Numbered from the stretch's first letter, positions 26,434 to 36,419 are shown. The stretch: 64,000 bases of DNA from Acidimicrobiia bacterium (GCA_031418035.1 JANOWU010000115.1:2758-66757); one strand, 5' to 3'. Translations and numbers: made by a program. Notes: a model not told the origin generated them from the letters alone.

Positions 26434-27777
26434 CTATGTGGACGTACTATTGACCACGTCGTATTGACGCTCACCGACAACCTCTACGACCTCGGGAACG
26501 ATCGCAGGCTCGCCTGGTGCCAATGCAAGCCCACCGACACGCGACAGCAATTCGCGGGCTGCGCGATGGCGCTCGCGGGCTTCATCAACAGAACTCGTTC
26601 GCGTGCGAATACCCTTGGATACGTAGAGAACCTGCAGTTCGGGATTCAAGTCGACGTTCAACGAGAGACGATCCACGACGCAATCTCGCTCGGGATCGAG
26701 GCGACGATCAGCGCGCTTACGACCGGCGGCACCGGCCTTACCCGGTGAACGTTTGGCAACTCCCTGCATCACGCCGTTGGAATCTTCAATGGATACAAGT
26801 TTGTACGTGAGCCCTGCGGTCGGGGCCCCGGAACCAACCACCAAGCTCGTTCCGACGCCGAAAACGTCGATCGGGGCACCACCTCGCACGAGCTCATCGA
26901 TTCGAAACTCGTCAAGATCGCCGCTCACCACAATCCGGGTTTCAAATGCTCCCAGAGCATCGAGCGTCGCACGGGCGGCGCGAGTTTCAGCAACCAGATC
27001 ACCAGAGTCGATACGGACGCCGCCCGGGCCGCTGCGGCCGAACTGGCGAGCAACTTCCACCGCGTTCTTGAGTCCGTTCGCGATGTCGTAGGTATCGACG
27101 AGAAGCGTGGTCCCGACTCCCTGCGCCGCAATCTGCGCGGTGAACGCGGTGGGTTCGTCGAGGTGCGCCATCGTGAAGGCATGGGCTGCTGTGCCCGCGG
27201 TTTCGAGCCCGTAGCGCATTCCAGCGGCGAGATTCGACGTCGCATCTATTCCGGCGATCGCCGCCGCCCGAGCTGCCCCGATCGCCGCGTCGGGGTCGGT
27301 TCGTCGAGATCCCATCTCGATCATGCGTCGACCCTGCGCGGCGCTGACCATGCGACTCGCCGCGGCGGCGACAGCCGCATCGTGATTGAAGATCGAAAGG
27401 ATCATCGTCTCCAACACAACCGCCTCGGCAAACGTCGCCTCGACGGTGAGAATCGGCGACCAGGCTCCGTACACCTCGCCTTCGGGATAGCCGTACACGT
27501 CCCCCCGGAATCGATACGACGCCAGCCACGTGAGCGCGTCGGGGGAAACTCCGATGCTTCGCAGATAGTCGATGTCGTCGGCCAGGAACCGAAAATCCTC
27601 GATCGACTCGATCACCCGTTCCGTACCCGCCACGACCCCGTAGCGCCGCCCTTTGGGGAGCCCTCTCGTGAAAACTTCGAAGACGGCGCGACGGTCGGCC
27701 GCTCCCGAATGGAGTGCTGCGTCAATCATCGTTATCTCGTAGCGATCGGTTTGCAGGGCCGTTGAGCGACGGGGCAC
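26434..27777 (-). CDS. pncB: Nicotinate phosphoribosyltransferase
   Basis: 447 aa with LQTDRYEITMIDA at the N-terminus and AHAF/RIDSGD-type motifs (GTAAHAFTMAH, VRIDSGDL). Confidence 0.85.
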   Translation of the reverse strand: MPRRSTALQTDRYEITMIDAALHSGAADRRAVFEVFTRGLPKGRRYGVVAGTERVIESIEDFRFLADDIDYLRSIGVSPDALTWLASYRFRGDVYGYPEGEVYGAWSPILTVEATFAEAVVLETMILSIFNHDAAVAAAASRMVSAAQGRRMIEMGSRRTDPDAAIGAARAAAIAGIDATSNLAAGMRYGLETAGTAAHAFTMAHLDEPTAFTAQIAAQGVGTTLLVDTYDIANGLKNAVEVARQFGRSGPGGVRIDSGDLVAETRAARATLDALGAFETRIVVSGDLDEFRIDELVRGGAPIDVFGVGTSLVVGSGAPTAGLTYKLVSIEDSNGVMQGVAKRSPGKAGAAGRKRADRRLDPERDCVVDRLSLNVDLNPELQVLYVSKGIRTRTSSVDEARERHRAARELLSRVGGLALAPGEPAIVPEVVEVVGERQYDVVNSTST

Positions 27778-27867
27778 GGCAACACTCTTTCAGATCCCGG
27801 GGCGGTGCCCGTTCACGAAACACCAGGGGTGTCCGCAAAAGTTTCGATGAGACCTACGCTGGAAGCT

Positions 27868-28884
27868 ATGAGCCAGGGCCTTGTTGTTTCGTCACTTCAC
27901 GAACTCGATCAACACCACACCCACGCTCACCACCCGGAGAACCCCTCTCGGCTCGTGGCCGCGTGGCATGGTTTGCAGGCTGCAGACCTCGGCGACGCGA
28001 TCGCTCTCCTGGAACCCCGACTCGCATCGCGCTCCGAGCTCGAACTCGTTCACGACGTCCACTACCTCGATGCGTTGGAGCGCTTCTGTGAGAGCGGTGG
28101 CGGCAACGTGGATGCTGACACCCGGGCGTCGCGAGGTTCCTGGGCCACAGCCTGTCTCGGTGTTGGCGCGGGCTTGCAACTGCTCGACGCGGTTGAAGCA
28201 GGAATCGCCCCGGCGGGGTTTGCGCTGATCCGACCACCCGGTCACCATGCGCTCGTCGATGCAGCGATGGGGTTTTGCCTCTTCAACAACATTGCGATTG
28301 CTGCGAAGTCGCGAACCGTACGCGGCGAGCGGGTCCTCATCGTCGACTGGGACGTGCACCATGGCAACGGCACGCAAGCGATCTTTTGGGACGACCCGAA
28401 CGTGTTGTTCGTGTCGTCGCAACTGGCGGGTCATTGGCCGTTCTCCGGTGGGGTTTCCGAAACCGGCGGGCCGGCCGCTCGGGGAGCCACCATCAACTTT
28501 CCGTTTCCGGAGGGGGCGACGGGAGACGTGTTTCTACGCGCCTATGACACGGTGGTGGCGGCCGCCGTCGAGGAGTTCCGTCCCGACTGGGTGCTGATTT
28601 CGGCGGGCTTCGACAGCCACCGCGCAGACCCACTCGGCGGTCTCGGTCTGACTTCTGGCGACTTTGGGGCGATGGCCCGACGACTCATGCAGTTTGCCCC
28701 GGGGCGAGTCGTTCTCTTCCTCGAGGGAGGATACGACCTCGACGCGACGGCCGCCTCGGTCGGGGCGACGGCAGCGGCCCTCGTCGGCGAGACTCATCGG
28801 GGCGAAGCCCAAACCAACGGTGGGCCGGGCGCCACCATCGTGGCTGCTGCGTCACAGGCGCACGACCACGCCATAAACGGTTGA
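27868..28884 (+). CDS. Histone-deacetylase-family (AcuC/Aph-like) deacetylase
   Basis: RPPGHHA, DWDVHHGNGTQ and GFDSHRADPLG motifs. The start is uncertain (ATG 27868 with GGAAG upstream; alternatives 27847 or 27805). Confidence 0.8.
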   Translation: MSQGLVVSSLHELDQHHTHAHHPENPSRLVAAWHGLQAADLGDAIALLEPRLASRSELELVHDVHYLDALERFCESGGGNVDADTRASRGSWATACLGVGAGLQLLDAVEAGIAPAGFALIRPPGHHALVDAAMGFCLFNNIAIAAKSRTVRGERVLIVDWDVHHGNGTQAIFWDDPNVLFVSSQLAGHWPFSGGVSETGGPAARGATINFPFPEGATGDVFLRAYDTVVAAAVEEFRPDWVLISAGFDSHRADPLGGLGLTSGDFGAMARRLMQFAPGRVVLFLEGGYDLDATAASVGATAAALVGETHRGEAQTNGGPGATIVAAASQAHDHAING

Positions 28885-28915
28885 CGTTTGCCGCACCCAC
28901 CCACTCAGTGGGCAA

Positions 28916-30253
28916 CTACCACTTCGTGAGCAGGGTGATGGCGAGACCCAACGTCAGTGCTGCCTGGGCAACGAGCCACGTTCGGCGGTGCGTCACGATT
29001 GCGCCGGTGGCCACGGTCAGCCACGGGTAAAACGGCAGCCAGATTCGTTCCACCTCGCCCTTTGACAGCTGAGACAGCATCGCGGCGACAATGGAAAGTG
29101 CGGCACCACCGACAATCCATCGAGCGCGCCCGCGCAAGGAGCAAAGTCCGCGTATGAACGCGGGTCCGGTGGCGATGAACACGACGGCGACGTTGGCAAG
29201 CATGAAGTATGTCCACGTACGAAACTGGGCGGTACCCTTCCAGTACCAAACTCGCGTGGCGGCGGCACCTTCGACCCACCAGAACCCGGCGGCCACGAAT
29301 AGCCCCGTTACCGCAAGGCCTCCAACGACGAACCACGCCAGACGCGGCACGAGTGATCGGAACGATCGACCGTCGCGAACGATGGGGACGACAACGAGAA
29401 GGAGCGTGAAGAAGAACATCGCGGCGCCGTAACTGGCATGGGCAAAGCTGGCAAACGCAATCCCGGCTAGGAGCGGCAGAACCGGCCACCGGCTGGGAGT
29501 CTGCAACGCAACGACCACCAGCCAAACGGAAAGCGCACCCATCGCTGCGAACACGATGTCGGCGGAGGACATGGCCCAGATCGTGTACGGGGCGACGATC
29601 AGGAACGGCGCACACCGACGCGCCACCTCTTGGTTGCCGCTCACGCGCGTGACCGCGGACAGAACAAAACACGGGACAAGAGCAGTTGCTCCGAGGGACA
29701 GCAACGCAACAGGCCATGGGCCGGGAAACCCGATTTGGGCCAAACCCTTCAGGATCAACATGAATCCGGGAGGGTGTCCGCGGTAGTGGACCGGATAGTA
29801 GGTGAGCTGATCGACGTACGTCCGAACGAACTCCCCGGCCGGCGGCATGTCGCGGATCGCGTACCAGTACTCCGTCGGGTGGATAACTGGGTCGAGAACG
29901 CCGGGTTCGCCGTCGGCCAACGCGAGCGCCAGCGAAACCAGGGCGGCGGTGAGACCCGATACCACGACGACGACGCGCCACGACGCTTCCCGAGCGAGTT
30001 TCGGGACCCACACGATCACGCCAAGGAGCAAGACGATCGCGGGAATGGTCTTCATACTGATCCGAAAATCCCAGCCTCGCTCCTCTTCGATACCGACCAG
30101 CGGAGCCGCGCCGAGCTTGACCCACGGTTTCGCATGTTGGACGCGTGCGCCCCACCAAAATGCCGCCACCTCGACAATGCCAACGGCCGTCCAGAGCAAC
30201 ACCTGCCAACGATTGCATCGCAGAGCGCGACCGATTACACGAACTGCGCCCAC
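28916..30253 (-). CDS. Polytopic membrane protein, GT-C-like glycosyltransferase candidate
   Basis: More than 10 hydrophobic segments and an HPPGF loop motif reminiscent of the HPPL motif of PMT/ArnT (GT39/GT83) enzymes. Start is set at GTG 30253, 9 nt after the upstream stop, so it is uncertain. Confidence 0.5.
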   Translation of the reverse strand: MGAVRVIGRALRCNRWQVLLWTAVGIVEVAAFWWGARVQHAKPWVKLGAAPLVGIEEERGWDFRISMKTIPAIVLLLGVIVWVPKLAREASWRVVVVVSGLTAALVSLALALADGEPGVLDPVIHPTEYWYAIRDMPPAGEFVRTYVDQLTYYPVHYRGHPPGFMLILKGLAQIGFPGPWPVALLSLGATALVPCFVLSAVTRVSGNQEVARRCAPFLIVAPYTIWAMSSADIVFAAMGALSVWLVVVALQTPSRWPVLPLLAGIAFASFAHASYGAAMFFFTLLLVVVPIVRDGRSFRSLVPRLAWFVVGGLAVTGLFVAAGFWWVEGAAATRVWYWKGTAQFRTWTYFMLANVAVVFIATGPAFIRGLCSLRGRARWIVGGAALSIVAAMLSQLSKGEVERIWLPFYPWLTVATGAIVTHRRTWLVAQAALTLGLAITLLTKW

Positions 30254-30261
30254 TGCTGCGG

Positions 30262-31008
30262 TTACCCCTTGACTTCGCGTTCGACGTCGCGGATGTGCGC
30301 TGGATAGTGCGCTCGACCGAAGTCGACGTCGCTGCGCAGAACAATGCGCAGTAACTCTTCGTGCTGTTCGGTTTCTCGCCAGGGCAGCGCGATGTAGATC
30401 GGCAGGCCAAACGTACGCAGACGATCCAAGTTCGAATAGACGTGCTTTTGGAAGTGATACCGCGAGGACCATTCCCACCCGAGCGGCGCGAACCCTGTGC
30501 CCGGGTCGAGCACGACCCGTTGACGAACGCCGTAGCGATCACAGATCCGGAGCATCCGATCGAACCATTCGACCATCACCTCGATTGCGTCTCCGTGCAC
30601 GTGTTCGAGTCGTAGCGGGTCGGGACCATTCATGAACGGCAGCACGATCGGACAGGTGTAGTCGGCGGCGACCTCCAGCATTCCGGGTGCCTGCAGACCA
30701 TCGGCGGCGTTCATCACCGTTGCCCCGGATTCGAGGGCCCGACGCATAACGGAGGGCCGCCAGGTGTCAACGGAGAGTTCGACGCCGAGTTGACGAATCG
30801 CCGGAATGATCGCCGCGAGCCGTATCCATTCCGTCTCCTCATCGACTTCCGTGGCGACATGGGTAGATCCTTGGCCTCCGAGGTCGATCATGTCAGCGCC
30901 ATCACGTAGGAGCATCGTTGCTCGCGCCACTGCCGAGGCCGGATCTGAAACGATCGAATCAGTGTTCAGCGAGTCGGGAGACGCGTTGCACACACCGTAA
31001 ATCTTCAC
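30262..31008 (-). CDS. Dihydropteroate-synthase-like pterin-binding protein (divergent paralogue)
   Basis: CNASPDSL (cf. NVTPDSF), DLGGQGST (cf. DIGGEST), SVDTW (cf. SIDT) and DPGTGF (cf. DPGIGF). The usual G-x-SRKS segment is not recognisable. Confidence 0.65.
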   Translation of the reverse strand: MKIYGVCNASPDSLNTDSIVSDPASAVARATMLLRDGADMIDLGGQGSTHVATEVDEETEWIRLAAIIPAIRQLGVELSVDTWRPSVMRRALESGATVMNAADGLQAPGMLEVAADYTCPIVLPFMNGPDPLRLEHVHGDAIEVMVEWFDRMLRICDRYGVRQRVVLDPGTGFAPLGWEWSSRYHFQKHVYSNLDRLRTFGLPIYIALPWRETEQHEELLRIVLRSDVDFGRAHYPAHIRDVEREVKG

Positions 31009-31067
31009 GGGTTCATCTTCGCATCACACGTTGCGAAATCCGGGACACGCTCCGTCGTCGCCGGTCG

Positions 31068-31586
31068 TCAGGACGCCTTCTTCGTCGGCGGCCGCCAAGA
31101 TGTGCCGAGAAGGGCAAGGGCTCCGCCACCTCCGACAGCCAACACCGCCACCAACCCACGCCACCCGGAGAACCAGGTGATGTCGAAGGCGTTGTCGAGT
31201 GACCACTCGCCCGCACCGACGGTTCCGATCGCGATCGTCATCATCATGATCATGGCGACGTACTCCCAGCCCTGACCGGGGTTGTAGATGAAGAACCCAT
31301 TGCTTCGATGCGCGATCACAAACGCAACGACCATGACTCCGAAGACGCCCGCCGAAGCGAGGGGCGTCAGCAGACCAAGGACGAGGAGTACCCCCGATCC
31401 GATTTCGGTGATCGAAGCGAACCACGCCTGCGTCTTCGGTGACCGCATCCCCATCGAACCGAACCACGATGCCGTCCCCTTGATTGCGAGAGCGCCCTTC
31501 TTCCACACGTGGGCATATCCGTGCATGACAATCATCAGCCCGACGCTCACCCGAAGTACGAACATCGCAAGGTTTATCTGGTTCAT
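31068..31586 (-). CDS. DoxX-family membrane protein
   Basis: Start chosen at MNQINLAMFVLRVSVGLMIVMHGYAH (ATG 31586). It has four hydrophobic segments typical of DoxX. Confidence 0.7.
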   Translation of the reverse strand: MNQINLAMFVLRVSVGLMIVMHGYAHVWKKGALAIKGTASWFGSMGMRSPKTQAWFASITEIGSGVLLVLGLLTPLASAGVFGVMVVAFVIAHRSNGFFIYNPGQGWEYVAMIMMMTIAIGTVGAGEWSLDNAFDITWFSGWRGLVAVLAVGGGGALALLGTSWRPPTKKAS

Positions 31587-31656
31587 CACCGTAATTCTTA
31601 CTCCACACACACGAATTGGTCCCGTTCCGATGACGAGGCAGCAAGACTGAACGACC

Positions 31657-33186
31657 ATGGGACGTTCTCGACCACGCGCTCGATTGCCGATGATGTTGGT
31701 TGCAGCCCTCACGATCTTCATCGTGGGTGGGGCGCGGCCCGTTGAAGCAACTGCCTCCAGGGCAGCTGAGGTCCAGCGCACAGAACTGATCGTTCCTCCG
31801 GGTCTTCCGACGACATTTGGGCTCGGTGTTTCGAGCTCGGACACGCGTTGGATGACCGAGAGCCAAGTCCCGTGGACGTACCGCTATCAGTACCTGACGG
31901 GCGGAGTGAACACCGGACGGGGCTGGACAACATGGCGCCGTGACGGCACGTTCGTCAGGGATTACCTCAAAGACTCCGAAGCACTCAATGCCATCCCTGT
32001 GTTCACCTACTATCAGCTGTTGGTCTCTGAGCCAGCGGCCGGATCCGACGAACAGTCGAAAGTGCTGAGCAACCTTGCCAATGCACGGACGATGGCCTCG
32101 TACTTCGCCGATTACTCGATGCTCTTACGTCGTCTCGCACCGTCGACCAAGACAGTCATTGTCCATCTCGAACCGGACCTCAGCGGATACGCCCAACAGG
32201 TTGCGCTCACGAAGGACAATGATGCCTCTTCGGTTCCGGCCGCGGTTGCCTCATCGGGATTCGTCGGGCTCGGCGACCTGCCCAACAACTACCGGGGGTA
32301 CCAGCAGGCGCTCATGCGACTTCGAGACCAAATCGCACCTCGAGTACTTCTTGCCACTCATGTCTCGGCATGGTCCGCCGGCCACGACATCGCACTTGCG
32401 AAGGATCCAAAGCTCGACGTCGAGGGCATCGCCGCAAAGACCACTGCGTTCTTGAGCTCGGCGGGCCTGTCCGAGCTTGTCTTCCTCGACCCAGCTGACC
32501 GTGACGCCGCATTTCAAGAAAAGATCAACGGCACCCAGGGTGCTCACTGGTGGGATCCGACCGGCCAGCGATTTCCCAACTTCAACAGATACAATGCGTA
32601 CGTATCATTCATCGCTCGACAGACGAAACGCGCTCTCGTGCTTTGGCAGGTACCCGTCGGAAACACCGTGACGAGGTCCCAGAACAACACCTGGAACCAC
32701 TTTCAGGACAATCGCGTTGAATACTGGCTCGGGAACTATCCAAACGACGGCCAGCTCCGCACGCTGGCAAATTCGGGCGTCATGGCCTTGTTGTTCGGTG
32801 CCGGTGCTGACGGGAACACCTCGTACGAAGACCGATCCGGCGACGGAATAACCAACCCAACCCCCGTCGGTGCCAACACCCAAGTGGCGACCGTTGCCGA
32901 TGATGACGGAGGGTACCTTCGCCAGCGCGCCGCGATCTACTACCGAAGCCCCCTAGCCCTCGGTGCGACCGTCACCACCCTCGACTCCCCTGTCGCGTCG
33001 GTCGCCGCGACGACATCGATGGTGAACGCGACGACGTCGACTCCCCCAAGCACGACCCCAACCACGACGGCAAGAACGACCGCAAAGGCGACTGCGAAAC
33101 CGAGATCACGGAGTCGTGCGACGAAGCGAAAAGCGGCCGTCGTTCGAACAACGAAACGGCGAGTCGGCTCGACGAGTAGGTCCTAG
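31657..33186 (+). CDS. Secreted hypothetical protein, possibly glycoside-hydrolase-like, with a Thr-rich/basic C-terminal tail
   Basis: Signal peptide RARLPMMLVAALTIFIVGGARPVEA. An HLEPDLSGY segment is faintly reminiscent of the GH6 EPDSL motif. The tail is TSTPPSTTPTTTARTTAKATAKPRSRSRATKRKAAVVRTTKRR. Confidence 0.45.
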   Translation: MGRSRPRARLPMMLVAALTIFIVGGARPVEATASRAAEVQRTELIVPPGLPTTFGLGVSSSDTRWMTESQVPWTYRYQYLTGGVNTGRGWTTWRRDGTFVRDYLKDSEALNAIPVFTYYQLLVSEPAAGSDEQSKVLSNLANARTMASYFADYSMLLRRLAPSTKTVIVHLEPDLSGYAQQVALTKDNDASSVPAAVASSGFVGLGDLPNNYRGYQQALMRLRDQIAPRVLLATHVSAWSAGHDIALAKDPKLDVEGIAAKTTAFLSSAGLSELVFLDPADRDAAFQEKINGTQGAHWWDPTGQRFPNFNRYNAYVSFIARQTKRALVLWQVPVGNTVTRSQNNTWNHFQDNRVEYWLGNYPNDGQLRTLANSGVMALLFGAGADGNTSYEDRSGDGITNPTPVGANTQVATVADDDGGYLRQRAAIYYRSPLALGATVTTLDSPVASVAATTSMVNATTSTPPSTTPTTTARTTAKATAKPRSRSRATKRKAAVVRTTKRRVGSTSRS

Positions 33187-34067
33187 CTGCGAAACAGCCC
33201 GGCTCGGTGTGCGACAAGTCGAGCAACCACGAGATCCTCGATGGCGAGTCCCACGCTCTTGAAAAGCGTGATCTCGTCGTCGCCACGGCGATTCGCTCGA
33301 CCCGACACAACGTCGGCGAGATCTCCGCGAGCACGATCCCAGGACCATCCCTCATTCGTCGCCTGGATGAGGTCGCCAGCCTCGGCGCGAGCCGCCGCCC
33401 CATCATCGAAGAACACGGCACTTCCCATGACGACGTCGGGCCCGACCTCGCGCATGTCGGGCCGGTAGGCGCCAACCAGAGAGACGTGCGTTCCGGGACG
33501 AATCATGTCGAGGCGCAACCACGGCTCCACGGAGGAGGTCGCCCCGATCACATGATCAGCCTGCCCGATGACCTCGCCGCGACCAACCATCGTGATGTCG
33601 GTCAGCGATGGAAAGGTGCTGCGCAACGCCGCAACATGCGCCTTGCCCTGGACACCACGTCCGACCACAACGGCAGTCTGGGGATCGCGACGCCCCAGAA
33701 CACGTGCCGCAACCATCGTTATCGCCGGTGTACGGAGATTGGTGAGCGCGGCACCGTCCATCGTGGCAATGGGGCACCCGCGTAGGGCATCGAAGAGCAC
33801 GTAAGAACCCTGAATCAGTGGCCGTTCGGTTCCGATGTTCCTCGGTTGCACCATCACCAATTTGGTACCGGCAACGGGATGTTCCCCGCCTTCGCCATCG
33901 CCGGCCCCGAGAGTCGCACCCATCATCAAGAAGTCGCCACCCCCGACCTGGCCATGGACCCGATCGATATGTTGCAACGAACCGGCGAACGCAGCCGCTA
34001 GCGCATCGACGGCATCGGGAAAGGAAACCAACTCCGAGATCGCGTCTGCGGTGAAGTGAGGATGCAT
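33183..34067 (-). CDS. Ornithine cyclodeaminase/mu-crystallin family protein
   Basis: 294 aa with LTNLRTPAITMVAARVL and VVGRGVQGKAHV (Rossmann) typical of the OCD/mu-crystallin family. Confidence 0.75.
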   Translation of the reverse strand: MHPHFTADAISELVSFPDAVDALAAAFAGSLQHIDRVHGQVGGGDFLMMGATLGAGDGEGGEHPVAGTKLVMVQPRNIGTERPLIQGSYVLFDALRGCPIATMDGAALTNLRTPAITMVAARVLGRRDPQTAVVVGRGVQGKAHVAALRSTFPSLTDITMVGRGEVIGQADHVIGATSSVEPWLRLDMIRPGTHVSLVGAYRPDMREVGPDVVMGSAVFFDDGAAARAEAGDLIQATNEGWSWDRARGDLADVVSGRANRRGDDEITLFKSVGLAIEDLVVARLVAHRAGLFRS

Positions 34068-34279
34068 TTGCTCATATCCTTTGGTTCGGTTGCGACGGCT
34101 GCTCGGCTTGATGGGGATCGGTGATCTCGTTCGACTTCCTGAACAATCAAGGTCGGACCTCTTACGAAGCTTTAACCTTCCTCGTGGAGGAAACTCACCT
34201 GAACAGCGTTTGCTACACGGTAACGCAGCGTCTCAGGCCGTGACACAGTGGTCGTGCCTGTGTTGAAAGAACGGTCCCG

Positions 34280-34963
34280 ATGAGCACGAAGATTCTGTAC
34301 GCCGAAGACGACCGGGCGATTCGCAACGCAGTGACACTGTCGCTCGAACTCGAAGGCTACGTCGTTGAAGTTGCAACCGACGGATCTCAAGCCCTGGACA
34401 AGGCACGGGAAGGGAATGCCGACGTTCTCGTGCTCGACGTGATGATGCCCTATCTCGATGGGTTGTCACTCTGCCGCAAACTTCGCTCCGAAGGCGACCG
34501 ACGACCGATTCTCATGCTCACGGCGAGGTCGGAGACCACCGACCGGATTTCCGGACTCGATGCCGGCGCCGATGCCTATCTTGCGAAGCCCTTCGACACC
34601 GAGGATCTGCTTGCGCACTTACGAGCGTTGGTGCGACGCGTCACCTTCGCTGAGCCAACGACCGAGATTACGGTTGGCGACGTTCGCATCGACGAGGCAG
34701 CTCGACGAGTGTGGCGAGGCGAGCGCGAATTGGACCTGACCAAAACCGAATTCGATCTCCTGGTTGCGCTTGCTCGAAACGTTGGAATCGTGCTCTCACA
34801 CTCCCAGATCTACGAACTCGTCTGGAACTACGACTTCGGTCCTGAATCGAAGACGCTCGCCGTCTACATGTCCTACCTCCGACGCAAACTCGAAAGTGAC
34901 GATCTCCCTGCGGTGATTCATACGGTTCGCGGCATTGGGTACTCGCTACGAGTGCCCGAATAG
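34280..34963 (+). CDS. OmpR-family response regulator
   Basis: Receiver domain (ILYAEDD...DVLVLDVMMP...LTAR) plus a winged-helix output (LTKTEFDLLVALARN...IHTVRGIGYSL). Confidence 0.9.
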   Translation: MSTKILYAEDDRAIRNAVTLSLELEGYVVEVATDGSQALDKAREGNADVLVLDVMMPYLDGLSLCRKLRSEGDRRPILMLTARSETTDRISGLDAGADAYLAKPFDTEDLLAHLRALVRRVTFAEPTTEITVGDVRIDEAARRVWRGERELDLTKTEFDLLVALARNVGIVLSHSQIYELVWNYDFGPESKTLAVYMSYLRRKLESDDLPAVIHTVRGIGYSLRVPE

Positions 34964-34975
34964 GACCTCGCACCT

Positions 34976-36415
34976 ATGCCCAACACTCGCTCCCTGCGTG
35001 CTCGACTTGCGCTGTTGATGGCCGCACTCGGCGCGCTCACGGCAGTGGCCGTCGGCAGCCTTGGGTATCGATTGACGCAAAGTCGGTACTCCAACGAGAT
35101 CCGTGACTCGCTCGGTCGCTTCGCCGACATAGCCCAGTCGCGGCCCAGCGTCGTAACTCGTTCGTGCACAGACATTCCCTTCCGCCGCGCCGAGGACCAA
35201 CAAGTCGACGTTGTTGCGCCTCGTCCCCGCCGACGCGCGGGCCCGCCCAACGGCCGCTTCGAACCGAACGGAGCGATCGTGCAATGCCTCGACAAGACCG
35301 GGGCCGTCGCCATGACATCACGTCCATTTGCGCTTCCGGTGAACGCCGTGGACAGAACATTGGCCCGGGCGAAAAAGCAGGTCCGGGAGGCTCGCCGCGT
35401 CGACGTCAACGACCGGAGCTATCGCCTCCTGACGGTAGGTTTGGCCTCAGGCGGCGCCATCCAAATCGCTCGTGAAACAACGGAGAACGACCGCATTCTC
35501 GCGAGCCTGTTTCGCGGCCTGACCTGGCTGGTCGTTGCGGCGAGCGTCCTCGCCGGACTTGCCGGACTGTGGGTCGCGTCTCGCATCGCCAGACCGATCG
35601 CAGCACTCACCCAGGCCGCAGAACGGATCACCGATTCGGGACAGCTCGACGTTGCGCTCCCGACGTCGCGTTCGGACAGCGAGACCGGGCGGCTCTCCAA
35701 GGCCTTCGGATCAATGGTCGACGCGCTTCGTATTTCTCGCGCTCAACAAACTCAGCTCGTCCACGACGCCAGCCACGAGCTTCGGACGCCGCTGACGAGT
35801 CTGCGTGCCAACATCGCGCTGCTGCGTCGCCATCCTGAGCTCCCTCCGGACAAACGAGCTGCCATCGTCGGCGACCTCCACGATGAGCTCGCCGAGCTGA
35901 CGGAACTCATGAACGAACTCGTCGCCCTTGCGAGCGAAGAAAACCTCGAAGAGCCCGTCGAAAGTTACGACGCCGGCGATGTCGTCCGCGAGGTCGTCGC
36001 TCGATGGGCCCGACGCTCGGGACGCACTATCGAACTGCAGGCCTCCGATGGGCCTATCAGCGTTGTCGGACATTCCAAGGCGCTGTCTCGTTCGGTCAGC
36101 AACCTTCTGAGCAACGCCGTGAAGTTCAGTCCTCACGACCAACCGATCTCTGTTCGCATAGCAATCGAGGACGCAAAGCTCAGCGTGACCGTCGACGATC
36201 GAGGGAGCGGCTTCAACGAAACCGACCAGGCCCACGTGTTCGATCGTTTCTACCGGTCGAACGAACACCGTCCACTTCCCGGGTCCGGGCTCGGTCTCGC
36301 CATCGTGGCGAAGCTGGTGCGTGACGACGGCGGTCGGGTCACGGCAGCCAACAACGACGCAGGCGGCGCTCGCGTGATCATCGAACTTCCGGTTGGACCA
36401 CGGGATCCCCGCTAG
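34976..36415 (+). CDS. Sensor histidine kinase (TM-extracytoplasmic loop-TM-HAMP-HisKA-HATPase)
   Basis: H-box HDASHELRTPLTSL, N-box LLSNAVKFSP, and G-boxes DDRGSGF and GSGLGLAIV. Confidence 0.9.
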   Translation: MPNTRSLRARLALLMAALGALTAVAVGSLGYRLTQSRYSNEIRDSLGRFADIAQSRPSVVTRSCTDIPFRRAEDQQVDVVAPRPRRRAGPPNGRFEPNGAIVQCLDKTGAVAMTSRPFALPVNAVDRTLARAKKQVREARRVDVNDRSYRLLTVGLASGGAIQIARETTENDRILASLFRGLTWLVVAASVLAGLAGLWVASRIARPIAALTQAAERITDSGQLDVALPTSRSDSETGRLSKAFGSMVDALRISRAQQTQLVHDASHELRTPLTSLRANIALLRRHPELPPDKRAAIVGDLHDELAELTELMNELVALASEENLEEPVESYDAGDVVREVVARWARRSGRTIELQASDGPISVVGHSKALSRSVSNLLSNAVKFSPHDQPISVRIAIEDAKLSVTVDDRGSGFNETDQAHVFDRFYRSNEHRPLPGSGLGLAIVAKLVRDDGGRVTAANNDAGGARVIIELPVGPRDPR

Positions 36416-36419
36416 CTGC

